From Okamejei kenojei (taxonomy: Eukaryota): DNA of 64,000 bases. Shown one piece after another: positions 13,225-24,596 of the stretch. The notes under the pieces are model-generated. The model was given only the letters and a program-made list of their open reading frames with translations, was not told the DNA's origin and did not search any database. The number at the start of each line of letters is the position of its first letter. The first letter of the stretch is position 1. A program made the position numbers and the translations under genes. The DNA lies in contig CM069172.1 in assembly GCA_035221665.1 (NCBI GenBank), positions 744,001 to 808,000 of the forward strand, written 5' to 3'.

Positions 13225-14193
13225 GAACAAGAACCCCCCAGATCCCGTTGTACTTCTTTTCCTAATGACATCATTTAGATCAGTGGTTCTTAACCTGGGG
13301 GTCGTGACCCCCATTGGGCTCGTTTGGGGTTTTTCCGGGGGTCATGAATAATATCATCAATAAATAACATAAATTTGTTGAGCCAATTTTTAGGAACCTG
13401 ACAAAGGTACATACCACACACGGTATTTTGCTTGCGTATGTGCGTACATATACACAGGGCCTAGGAGGTGGGGGATGGGGGTGCAGGGGGTACATCGTAC
13501 CCGGGCTCGGAGTCCAAAAGGGGGCCCGGAAACCAGAGGGGGCTGGGAATGGCCTCAAATCTCAGAAAATGTTTGCATATATTTTGTGAAGACTAGCATT
13601 CACATTTTGTTTTATATATCGTAATATAGGTGGTGCCGTCCTGTATGGTATGGCTGCCCAGCCTGCAGCTGTTGTTTTTCACTCTTTTCTTTACTTTAGT
13701 GAGTTAAAGTGTTTTGTTTTGGAGTTCTATTCTTTTTTATGTGGGGGGGAGGGGGAAACTACTTGTCCTGGTCCCTACCTGGTCGGAGAGGCAGCTTTTC
13801 TCCGGGCTGCACTTTCGACCCGTCCTCCTGGCCTTACAGCAGGCCTGGAGTGGCATTTCATGAGGAGAGTGCCCAGACCCTCGGCTCCGGCAGTGGCGCA
13901 GCGCTTGAGCACCATCGCGGAGCGGGCGATGCCTTGCCTGGGTCGCCGCGCTGGAACTCCGGTGAGCTGAGACCGCCGAGAAAAACATCGCGGAGCTGCG
14001 GGCGGCAGCGCTGGCTTAACATCGGGAGCCAGTGGCGGAGCTCCATTCAACGCAGCCTTGATGGCTTCAGAAGCCACCAACTCCGGTAAGGAAGCAGCCG
14101 TTCCTGGTGTTCCAAGCCACTGAGAGGATTCTCCCGATGCCGGAGCACCATCACCCGGTGTGAACGGCCTGGAACATCGGGCCTCCGTGAAGG

Positions 14194-14817
14194 TGTGAGA
14201 TATGCGATGTGCTCACAATCACAACTCAAAGACTAAATCTTGGAAGCAAGAGATTCTTTATTATATTTATGAGTCTGCAGAGTCGGGTGCCTCTCCAAGT
14301 TGAGACACACCGAAGTCAGAAAAGTCACCCCCCTTTATACACACAATTCTACATTCAACCTCCTCTCCTTGGACCCGCTCCAATCAGACACTGAGGTGGA
14401 CAACCTGTAGGTACGTCCCCCCAGTACCTCCCACATCATACATCGCATGTTCATGGTAATGAGCAGTTTCTTGACCAGGGGTGTGTTGTAATATTCATTT
14501 ATTTTATTAAGCATGCTCAGTTGTTCATGACCTATCCTAGTTTTATTCACCTCCAAGTGAACTCTCTCAGTCCTCCTATATCAGCACTAAAGCTGAGCTA
14601 TAGTGACAAGGGTCCCATCTATCACCCCCTTCCACTGATAGGGAGCTATCTACATCACTCCCTTCTACCGCTATACAATGCTATTACTTCTTTCTCAAGG
14701 ATGGGTCTGGTAACTTTTATACACAGCTGTGTCAGAACCCTCTCTCTGGCCCCTATCGGTTTGAATCCTCTTTAAAGCACCTTACAATAGTGGGGTTTAA
14801 TCACTTTATCCCTCACA
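14194..14817 (-). mobile_element. Solo LTR
   Basis: TGTGAG..CTCACA ends and 4-bp TSD AAGG. TATA and AATAAA on the - strand. Homologous to 55630-56275 and 35635-36191. Confidence 0.88.
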
Positions 14818-15209
14818 AAGGCGACTGCGGAGGCCTCAATAGGCCTGACTATGGGTGGACATGGGATGGGGACTGGACATTGTGCCTTTCCTCATAATGG
14901 GAACCATTGTGGGGGGATGTTTTTAATGTTTAAAATCTCTTTATTATTGTTATGTCTATATTCTTTTTTATGTGCTGCATTGGCAAGAAACATTTCACTA
15001 CACCAATTGGTGTATGTGACCGGTTGAGAGGCGAGGGTCGACGGTGTGGCTGGGGGAGGCCCGTGGGGAGCTGGAGTAGAGATATGGGCAACAGCATCGG
15101 TGGCTTTCTGAGGACAGTGAAGGTCGGCGACAGTGCCTGCGGTGGCCCCGCCTGGGGAGGCAGTTGAGAGTCGGCAGCTGCGGCAGTTTCAGTGGTCCGG
15201 GCCTGGGTT

Positions 15210-15455
15210 TGAGCGTGTCAGTGGGTGTGTCAGTGGGTGTGGGTTTGTGTTAGTGGGTTTGTGTGATGTGTGGGTGTGAGTGTGTGGATGAGTGGGTGTG
15301 GGTGAGTGGCTGTGGTGAGTGTGTGTGTGTGGATGTGTGAGTGTGTTTGTGAGTGGATGTCTGTGAGTGTGTCTGCGTAAGTGGGTATGGGTATGTGTGT
15401 GTGCGAGTGGGTGTGTTTGTGGGTGTATGTGAGTGTGTGTCTAACTGTGAGGGTG
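15210..15455. repeat. GT-rich simple repeat
   Basis: Degenerate (GT)n/(GTGA)n. Confidence 0.9.
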
Positions 15456-15499
15456 AATTTTGTAAATGCAGTTAAAACCATTAGATCTGTTGAACGTTA

Positions 15500-15660
15500 A
15501 CAGAGTATAGACTTGGTGACCTGTTTCCAAATGGTTTTGTAAGCTTAGGAACATTATTAACAATTCCTGCAACAGTAGCTTCTGCAGAGGTCATTTAGCA
15601 AACTCAAGTCGATTAAGAATTATGTAAGGTCTACAGTGTCTCAGGAATGTCTTGTGGATT
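15500..15660 (+). mobile_element. hAT transposase C-terminal dimerisation remnant
   Basis: Reads FPN..LLTIPATVASAE/SFSKLKSIKNYVRSTVSQE across a frameshift. Confidence 0.65.
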
Positions 15661-15806
15661 TGGCCAGGCGAAGTATTCAAAGTCAAAGTCAATTTTATTC
15701 GTCACTTACACCCAAAGGTGCAGTGAAATGAATTTGCCAGCAGCGGTTCACTTAAAGACCACTCAATACACAATAAAATTGAACACAAACATCCACCACA
15801 GCATTC

Positions 15807-15944
15807 GTGGAAATTTGGGGGAAAGAAATGTCTAAACTGTATTGATCTATTGTACAGCCTCCGAAAATGTCGGATGGATTTTCCGCAAGGTTAATGTATT
15901 GTATATATTTATCATTCGAATAAAGTATATTTTGAAATTAAAAA
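15807..15944 (+). mobile_element. Short 3'-end copy of the Tx1 family
   Basis: Matches the 3' UTR at about 21131-21270. A-tail and 12-bp TSD ACCACAGCATTC (15795-15806, 15945-15956). Confidence 0.9.
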
Positions 15945-15952
15945 ACCACAGC

Positions 15953-15990
15953 ATTCTTACCTGGCAGGGGAGAGACTTTGATCACCAAGG
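15953..15990 (+). pseudogene. RNU1: U1 snRNA 5' fragment (nt 1-38), retro-copied
   Basis: ATTCTTACCTGGCAGGGGAG..GATCACCAAGG versus U1 ATACTTACCTGGCAGGGGAGATACCATGATCACGAAGG. Confidence 0.88.
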
Positions 15991-16040
15991 ATACTTACCT
16001 GGCAGGGAGAAACCGTGATCAAAAAGGCTGTGCTCCCAGG
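15991..16040 (+). pseudogene. RNU1: U1 snRNA 5' fragment (nt 1 to about 51), second variant
   Basis: ATACTTACCTGGCAGGGAGA..GATCA..AGG..TCCCAGG. Confidence 0.9.
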
Positions 16041-16094
16041 ATCGCTTCTCGGCCTTTTGGCTAAGATCAAGTGTAGTATCTGTTCTTATCAGTT
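16041..16094 (+). pseudogene. RNU2: U2 snRNA nt 1-54 as head of Tx1 copy A
   Basis: Exact vertebrate U2 5' end including the GTAGTA branch-point recognition sequence. The rest of U2 is absent. Confidence 0.95.
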
Positions 16095-19000
16095 CTGAGT
16101 GAAAGAGACTATCTGTTCTTATTAGAAAAGTTCTGCCGGTTCCTTGGGGACAAGGGCCGTGGATTGCGGAGCGAAATCGTCGAGGAGTCGGTCGGCTGCA
16201 GACTTAGAGGTGGATCCATGCTGGTTGGGAAACCAACCTAACACCTTATTCAGCCACAATGTCAGCAGGAGCAGGAGTGCAGGGTTTTTAGAATACCCTG
16301 CGAATAAGCGTCAAGGACCTCTGCAAGGGGACCCCCTTCTCACGAGACCTGTTCATGAAGGTCTTGCTAGAGGCCTGTAAATTTGAGGCCAAGGACATCT
16401 ACTGCCTCCAGGATTTTCCGGGTAACGGATATTTTGACGTTACCCTCAAGTATCCAACGGGATGGCAGAAGGTGATGGAAGTCTTCCTGGAGAGGGGAAA
16501 TGAAGCTCCACTGTCGCTGCTTAAAGTGCAGCTGCTCTTCACCCTCCCCACCCAGAAGGAAAGGTTCATTACGGTGCACATGTTTAACCCACATGTGCCC
16601 GTAGTGGATGTCCTCACCTTCCTTGCTCGCTACGTTGAGGGAACAGGAGACTGTGTGGACATGAAGGACATGCACGGGATTTGGACCAGCAAGCGGCAAT
16701 TTAAGGTAAAGCTGAGGGTGGACAAGGATGGAGAAATTGTCCACCCCCCCTCGGTTTTCGCGATTGGAGGAAACCAAGAATACTTGAGCTATGTAGGGCA
16801 ACCCAGGCTGTGCAGGAAATGCAACAAGCCTGGGCATGTGATGGCCCAATGCACTGCAGGTGTCTGCAAAAACTGCAAGGCGGAGGGCCATGAGACAAAG
16901 GACTGTCAGGCCAGCAAGAACTGCAACCTGTGCGGGGAGGCAGGCCACCTTTACAGGGCTTGCCCTAAAAGAGCCTGCACCTATGCACAGGCAACAAGAG
17001 GGGCTGCTGCCAGCACCCCAAAGGGGGGCGAGGCACCCCCCACCACTGCCAAGACCCCATCAGAAAGAGGGACCACGGATGAGGACAGCCCAACCACCTT
17101 GAGGCCCCAAGTGCCAGAAGGAGACGCCCAGCATCCTGCCCAGGAGGGAGAGTCGATGGAGGGGGGGGGGAACAGCAGGACAAATGGACAACGGTGAAGT
17201 ACAAGAAGAGGGATCAGCCCAAAGAGCCGAGGCCGGAAAGAGTGGTAAGTCAAGAAGTAAATCACAAAAAAGGTGTCTTTCTCTTACAGAAGGCAGCAAC
17301 CTCTCCTCCTCGTCGGAGGATGAGGCGACCGGGAAGTCCCAACGAGGGAGGCAGAGGAAGAAAATGGGGGAGGAAAAGATGATCACTTCCCAGCCTCAGG
17401 AGACCGAGAGCAGAGAAGTGGCCGAGGGGCTCCAGCCCCAGGACATCGGGAGCAGCGCAGTGGTCGAGGGGCTCCAGCCCCTGGAGACAGGAATCATCAC
17501 AGCGGCCAGTGGGCCCGAGCTCTGGGCGACCGGGAGCATTGCAGCGGCCCATGGGCCCCAGCTCCGGGCGACCGGGAGCAGCGCAGAGGCCATTGCGCTC
17601 CAGCTGCAGGAGACAGAGGAAGCGGCGTGCCCAAAAGGGGATGGAACGAGAAGGCCCCCCCCAACGACACCTTTGGTTACGCCACCTGATACTCACCTCA
17701 CCGCTGGATTCCTGAGCCCAGGAAAGCTGAGGCAATTCACCGAAGCGGTGGGAATGAGGGGACATGGAAATGGTCAGTGACTCTAAAGACAATGGAGCTC
17801 AAACTGGCATCTTTAAACGTGCGCAGTATAAAGAGCTCTGCGCGATGTGTTAATGCCTTACAGTACCTGGCCAAGGTCAAGGCAGATGTGACTTTTCTTC
17901 AGGAGTGCGGGCTGCCACACCTCCACTGCTATCTGAGGTGGTTGCGATGGTGGCCCCACGGACTGTCTGTGTGGTCGGGGGGGAATGACTGTCGTGCTTC
18001 CGGCCTGGGGATTTTGCTGCGGGGTGGGAACTTCACCATCACTGAGGTCAGGGAAGTGGTTGGAGGGCGTCTCCTCGTGGTGGATGTTATGTACCATGGC
18101 TCTCTGCTCCGGCTGATAAATGTGTATGCCTCACCCACGCAGAGCGAGCGGCTGGCCGTTCTCCAGCAGCTCCCAGTGCTGCTGGCCACGTCCCGGCAGC
18201 TCGTTCTGGCCGGTGACTTCAACTGCATCATTGATGCGGCTGGACGATCCGGCAGTGCCGACAGCAGACTGGACAGCACGTCCAAGTTCCTGATGGAGAT
18301 GGTAAAAGACGCAAAGCTGCGTGACGCCTTCAGCGACCCTGCAGGCGGGTCCCAGCCGCAGTTCACCTGGTCGAGATCGGACGGTTTAGTCCGATCTCGG
18401 ATAGACTTTGTCTTCACGACGAAGGCCGTCACGGTGAGACACACTGACCTCACGCCAGTGTTCTTCTCTGACCATTGCCTCCTTCAGGCTTCCTGTCACT
18501 TACAGGAGGACCGGAAGGCAGGCAGAGGGACACTCTGGTGGGAAGCAACCAAGGAGTACATTAAGAGGTTCTTCATAATTAAAGGGGTTCAGAGAGCAAG
18601 ACAGAGCCAGAGGGAATTGTGCCTACTCCAGACAGATTTGCAACAACTGCTCCTTCTGCAGTCGAGTGGGGTGGATGTGAGGGAGGAACTTAGAGAGTTG
18701 AAGGACCGGCAAGCTCAGCTCTTCGCCTCTGAATCCTCCAAGATCATCTTCCGATCCAGGGTCCGTCATGTGGAGCAGGATGAGAGGTGCTCACGTTTCT
18801 TCTTCCATAAAGTTCACAGGGGGAGCTCTGTGATGAACACTTAGGGAGGAGGACGGCACGGTAGCATCCTCACAGACAGACATGCTGAGGATCTGCAAAT
18901 CCTTTTACACAGATTTGTAGGACCAAAAGACCACAGACAGTATCTCCTCCCAGAACTTCCTGTCCACAATCAATGAGGTTTTGGAGGACAGCAAGCGGGA

Positions 19001-21286
19001 GAGTCTGGACCAACCACTGACCCTAGAGGAGCTGACTGCTCCATCCGTTCCTTTGACTTGAATAAACGTCCCGGAAGCGATGGCTTACGGGCCGAGTTGT
19101 ATTTGGCTCTGTGGGACTGGATGGGCCCGGACCTGCTAGAAGTGTACAACGACATGCTTCTAGCTGGTAGCATGTCAGACTCCATGAGGAAGGGCAACAT
19201 CACCCTAATCTACAAGCAGAAGGAGGAGATGAAGGACATAAAGAATTGGAGACCCATAACACTCTTGAATGTAGACTACAAGATTCTGTCTAAGGCCATC
19301 GCCAACTGGGTCAAGTCTGCTCTGGGACAGGTGATCCACCTGGACCAAACCTGTGCTGTACCTGGCAGGAAAATCTCAGACAGCCTAGCACTGCTGAGAC
19401 ATACCATCGCCTACGTGCAGGGCAGACGGGTGGATGCCTGTCTAGTCAGCTACGACCAGGAGAAGGCCTTCGACAGGATTTTGCACACGTACATGAGGGA
19501 CGTGCTCTTCAAAATGGGATTTGGGGAGGGAATCAGGAATTCGATCAAACTGTTCTACACCAACATCCGTAGTGCAGTCCAAATCAATGGATGGGAATCA
19601 GACAGTTTCCCTGTAAGGTCTGGAGTTAGGAACGGTTGCCCTCTCTCTCCTGTCTTGTTTGTCTGCTGTATTGAACCTTTTGCCGAATCCATCAGGAAGG
19701 ATGCTGGCATAAGAGGAGTGACATTGCCAGGCAGTGGGGGCATTCAAGTAAAGACCTCCCTGTACATGGACAATGTCGCTGTCTTCTGCTCGGATCCAGG
19801 GTCGGTCCGCAGACTGATTAGTATCTGCGACCAGTTTGAGTCGGCCACGGGAGCCAGGGTGAACCGCAGGAAGAGCGAGGCCATGCTCTTTGGCAACTGG
19901 ACCGACAGATCTTCCGTCCCCTTCACCATCAAGCCTGACTTCTTGAAGGTGCTGGGGATCTGGTTCGGGGGGGCTGAGGCATGTAACAAAAATTGGCTGG
20001 AGCGGATAGCCAGGGTGGGGAGGAAGCTGGAGCTGTGGAGGCAATACTCCCTCTCCATAGCGTGAAAGAATTTGGTCATCAGGTGTGAGGTGCTCTCGGG
20101 GCTGCTGTACTGGGCACAAGTGTGGCCTGTCCCTCCCTCATACGCCACAGGGATCACTCGGGCCATCTTCCAGTTCATCTGGGGGTCGAGGATGGACCGG
20201 GTGCGAAGGGCCACAATGTACAAGTCAGCAGACAACGGGGGTAAAAGCGTGCCCAAAGTCGCCCTCATTCTGATGGCCACCTTCGTGTGTGGCTGCATCA
20301 GGCAGAGTGTAGAGTCAAGGCACGTGGGCACCAAGTGTCACTACCTGCTGAGGATCTACCTGTCCCCGGTGTTGAGAAGGATGGGCCTGGCTCAGGGTCC
20401 CTGGTACGCTTTAGAAACATAGAAACATAGAAATTAGGTGCAGGAATAGGCCATTCAGCCCTTCGAGCCTGCACCGCCATTCAATATGATCATGGCTGAT
20501 CATCCAACTCAGTATCCCGTACCTGCCTTCTCTCCATACCCCCTGATCCCCTTAGCCACAAGGGCCACATCCAACTCACTCTTAAATATAGCCAATGAAC
20601 TGGCCTCAACTACCCTCTGTGGCAGAGAGTTCCAGAGACTCACCACTCTCTGTGTGAAAAAAGTATTTCTCATCTCGGTCTTAAAGGATTTCCCCCTTAT
20701 CCTTAAGCTGTGACCCCTTGTCCTGGACTTCACCAACATCGGGAACAATCTTCCTGCATCAGAGGACACGGTGATTTACGGACTGTTCCCAGGGACACAT
20801 TCAGAGGCTGACATCGAGTGCTGCTGGAGGGTCATCAACTCGGTAAAAGACGCCCTTTGGTCTGCCCGGGCATTGTTCACCACCCAGCTGAGCGAGATGT
20901 GCGTCAGGGAATGTTGCCGACTGGCCCGCTGCAGACTGCAGGAGTACGTGCTGAGGGACGCACTGATGCTCGGTACAGCCAACGCCAAGGCTCGGTGGGG
21001 GAGGGCCACAGTCTAAGGTCCTTCCGCTGCTGGAAATGGGGGGCACGGTATGGTGGAGACGTCCCTCAATATAAGGGAAGGTTTCCCACGCCATTGTGCC
21101 ACATGAGTGGCACGAGTGGGGGACTGATTTGTGGAAATTAGGGGAAAAGAAATGTCGAAACTCTATTCATCAATTTGTACAGCCTCCGAAAATGTCGGAT
21201 GGATTTTCCGCAAGGTTAATCTATTGTATATATTTATCATTTGAATAAAGTATATTTTGAAATAAAAATTAAAAAAAAAATAAAAA
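16095..21286 (+). mobile_element. Tx1/Keno-like non-LTR retrotransposon, copy A (both ends present, disrupted)
   Basis: ORF1 at about 16259-17780 with three CCHC knuckles. ORF2 from 17792 with APE endonuclease (GDFN, SRID, SDH) and RT (WRPITLLNVDYKIL, YMDN). Poly-A tail. TSD ATTCTT (15953-15958, 21287-21292). Confidence 0.93.
20412..20760 (-). mobile_element. Young CR1 3' fragment nested in Tx1 copy A
   Basis: Reverse complement of the CR1 tail; replaces part of Tx1 ORF2. Confidence 0.9.
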
Positions 21287-21879
21287 ATTCTTCACTTTGG
21301 TGGAAGGCAACAAGTTTCATCCAATCCTCCTCCTTTGTTCATCCGTAGTCGGGGCCCTGACCCCTCCGTAGTCGCCGCTATGGATGGCTGGATGTACAGG
21401 CCCTCTCCTTGCGATGATCCAAACTGCGACGTCAGGACGGACAAATGCACTCTGCGGCTTGGCACCTACCGGCGACCGAGGCTTCAGGATGTTATAGTCC
21501 GCAGGCCGGTGGTCAGACCTCATCTCTGGCGATACCCGGCAAGGGATCCCAGGCTCCAGATATTCATTTAACCCGTTCGTGGATCTCTTCCTCCATCCCA
21601 CGCCGTAACGGGGAAATGTTTACATATTCCTGTAGGATTTCTCGTGAATACCGTGTTTTGAAAATTAGAAAATTTGGTTGATTATTTCCCTGCTTTTTTA
21701 GTAAGAAACATTAAAAAAAAATAAAATCAAACTGCTGCATGAGTCACAGTACCATCTCAGAGATGTCGAATCACAATGGATCTCATTTACAAATGACATC
21801 ACAATGGGACAGGGGTGGGAGTTTGCATCCTTCACGTGGTCCCACGAATGCAATCAACCTGGTATGCACAATCAAATAA

Positions 21880-22500
21880 GATCCTCTCTCTCTCCCCTTT
21901 TCTACCCCTCTCCCTCACCCTCCCTCTTTCTCTCACTCCCTCTCCCCCTTTCCCCTCTCTCCCCCTCTCTCTCCCCCTCTCTCTCTCCCCACCCTCTCTC
22001 TCCCCCCTTTATCTCTACCTCTTTCTCTCTCCCCCTCTCACACCCCTACCCGCTCTCTTTCCTCCTCTCTCCCTCCTCACACTCTCCTTTCTCTCTCTCC
22101 AATCTCTCCCCTCTGTCCCCCCTCACTCTCTCCTCTCTTTCCCCTCTCTCTCTTCTCGCTCTCCCCATCTCTCTCTCTCTCCTCTCTCTCCCTCCCCTCC
22201 CCCTCTACCTCCCCCCTCTCTACCACCCTCCCTCTCTACCACCCTCCCTCTCTACCACCATCCCTCTCTACCATTCTCCTTCTCTACCTCCCTCCCCTCT
22301 CTATCTCCCTTCCCTCTAAACCACCTCCCTATCTACCCCCCCTTCCACCCCTTCCCTCTCTACCCCTTTCCACCCCCCCCCCTCACTATCACCTCCCTCT
22401 AACCTCTCCCTCTCGTCCCACTGCCTCTCTAGCCCATTCCCTATCGACCCCCTCCCCTATCTAACCCTTTTTCCTAGCCATCCCCTTCCCTCTCCCCCTT
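21880..22500. repeat. CT-rich low-complexity tract
   Basis: Polypyrimidine composition. Confidence 0.9.
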
Positions 22501-22505
22501 TTATA

Positions 22506-22992
22506 TAGAAAACATAGAAACATAGAAAATAGGTGCAGGAGTAGGCCATTCGGCCCTTCGAGCCTGCACCGCCATTCAATATGATCATGGCTGATCATCC
22601 AACTCAGTATCCTGTAACTGCCTTCTCTCCATACCCCCTGATCCCTTTAGCCACAAGGGCCACATCTAACTCCCTCTTAAATATAGCCAATGAACTGGCC
22701 TCAACTAACCTCTGTGGCAGATAATTCCAGAGACTCACCACTCTGTGTGTGAAAAATGTTTTCCTCATCTCGGTCCTAAAGGAATTTGCCCTTATCCTTA
22801 GACTGTGACCCCCTGTTCTGGACGTCCCCAACATCGGGAACAATCTTCCTGCATCTAGCCTATCCAACCCCTTAAGAATTTTGTAAGTTTCTATAAGATC
22901 CCCCTTCAATCTTCTAAATTCTAGTGAGTATGCCATGTCTATCCAGTCTTTCCTCATATGAAAGTTCTGATATCCCAGGAATCAGTCTGGTG
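22506..22992 (-). mobile_element. CR1 3' fragment
   Basis: Same C-terminal ORF and tail as the other CR1 copies. Confidence 0.88.
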
Positions 22993-23759
22993 CCCCCCTC
23001 TCCGTCTCTGCCTTCGGTCTGCTTTTCTGCCCCCCTCTCCCACCGCTCTACGCCTCTTTCCCCCTTCCCTCCTCCCTGCTCTCCTCCCCCTCCCCACCTC
23101 TCCCTTCCCCCTCCCCAATCTCTCCCCCCTCTCTTTTTCCCCTCCTTCCCCTCTCCAACCCCGACTCCTCCTACACCCCTCTCTACCCCCCCACCCCCCC
23201 CCCGACGCCCCGTGTGGAGTGTGGTTAGTGTGCGTTTGATGCCGCAGCACCCCCCCACCCCGCAAATGCTCATTGGGGGAACAGACCAAGCGGGTCTGCA
23301 CTTGGTGTGGTCATATACTTATTAACATTCTCGTGTTTGAATGTTCGTTCACATTCTAATTCGCGAATATTCGTTTTACCCGTTTTCCTCCTCCTCCTCC
23401 TCCAAAATTTGCCATAACAGAAATGTTTTTACATATTCCTGTAATGTTTTTCCTCCTAAAGATGGTGCTTCGAAAATTAGAAAATTTGGTTGATTATTTC
23501 CCTTCTTTTTTTTAGTAAAAATCATCATTTAAAAATCAAACTGCTGCATGAGTCACAGTACATCGCACCGATGTCCTCCCCCCACTCCTCCTTCCCCTCT
23601 CCATCTCCCGCCTCTCCTCCCCCCTTCTCTCCCTGCCTCTCCCTCCCCATCCCATCTCCCCCCTCCGTCCACTCCCCCTCTATCTTTCCTCCTTAGTGAA
23701 GACGGATCCAAAGTACCTCTTCAACTCATCTGCCATTTCGGTCGTCAAGGGTCCACCTT

Positions 23760-24205
23760 TGATTAATTATGTTTTTCCTCTTCACATACCTAAAGAAGCT
23801 TTTACTATCCTCCTTTATATTCTTGTCTAGCTTACCTTTGTACCTCATCTTTTCTCCCCGTATTGTATTTTTAGTTATCTTCTGTTNNNNNNNNNNNNNN
23901 NNNNNNNNNNNNNNNNNNNNNNNNNNNNNNNNNNNNNNNNNNNNNNNNNNNNNNNNNNNNNNNNNNNNNNNNNNNNNNNNNNNNNNNNNNNNNNNNNNNN
24001 NNNNNNNNNNNNNNNNNNNNNNNCTTCCTGCTCATGTTTGCTACATTGTACTTCTTCGCTATAATGTTTATACTGTCCCCAACGTCCCTTGTCAGCCATG
24101 GTCGCCCCTTACTCCCCTTGGAATCTTTCTTCCTCCTAGGAATGAACTGATCCTGCAATTTCTGTATTATTCCTAGAAATACATGCCATTGTTGTTCCAC
24201 TGTCA
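23760..24205 (-). mobile_element. CR1 internal fragment spanning an N gap
   Basis: QQWHVFLGII..RPWLTR-type region upstream of the RT. Confidence 0.6.
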
Positions 24206-24249
24206 TCATGTGGTTGTAAACTGCTGAATTATGTTGTTGGGGTGATATG

Positions 24250-24593
24250 GAGCTCTGAAGATGAATGGTAAGAAGACGAATCAATTCTCACTATTTAGGC
24301 TGGTTGACCTTTAATGTGGAATGCGTACCTCTGAAACTTTGCGGGACGCTGAATCTTGGGTACATTGTCAGCAAACCGTTGAAAATTGGCGGTTGCAGTA
24401 AACCGGGGGGAGGAGCTGGGGATGAGAGGCCGCTCTCTGCTCTCTCTGTCACTCTGACTGTCTCCTCCCCTTTTCGCCTCTCTTTTTCTCGAGCAGGTCG
24501 GGCGCTGTCTATAAAAGGAGATAGCAGTAATGTTTGTTAGTAATCGGCCTTTTATTCTAGCGCCTTGAGTGAAGCAGTATCATGTCTGGCAGA
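24250..24593 (+). pseudogene. H4: Orphan H4 promoter plus first four codons (MSGR), truncated by Tx1 copy B
   Basis: Homologous to the other two H4 upstream regions. TATAAAA at 24510-24516; ATGTCTGGCAGA at 24582-24593. Confidence 0.88.
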
Positions 24594-24596
24594 CAT

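Noticed and set aside
15953-16094. Functional U1 and U2 snRNA genes
   Set aside because: Only 5' fragments are present, with no Sm site, 3' box or promoter, and they lie inside a retrotransposon TSD.
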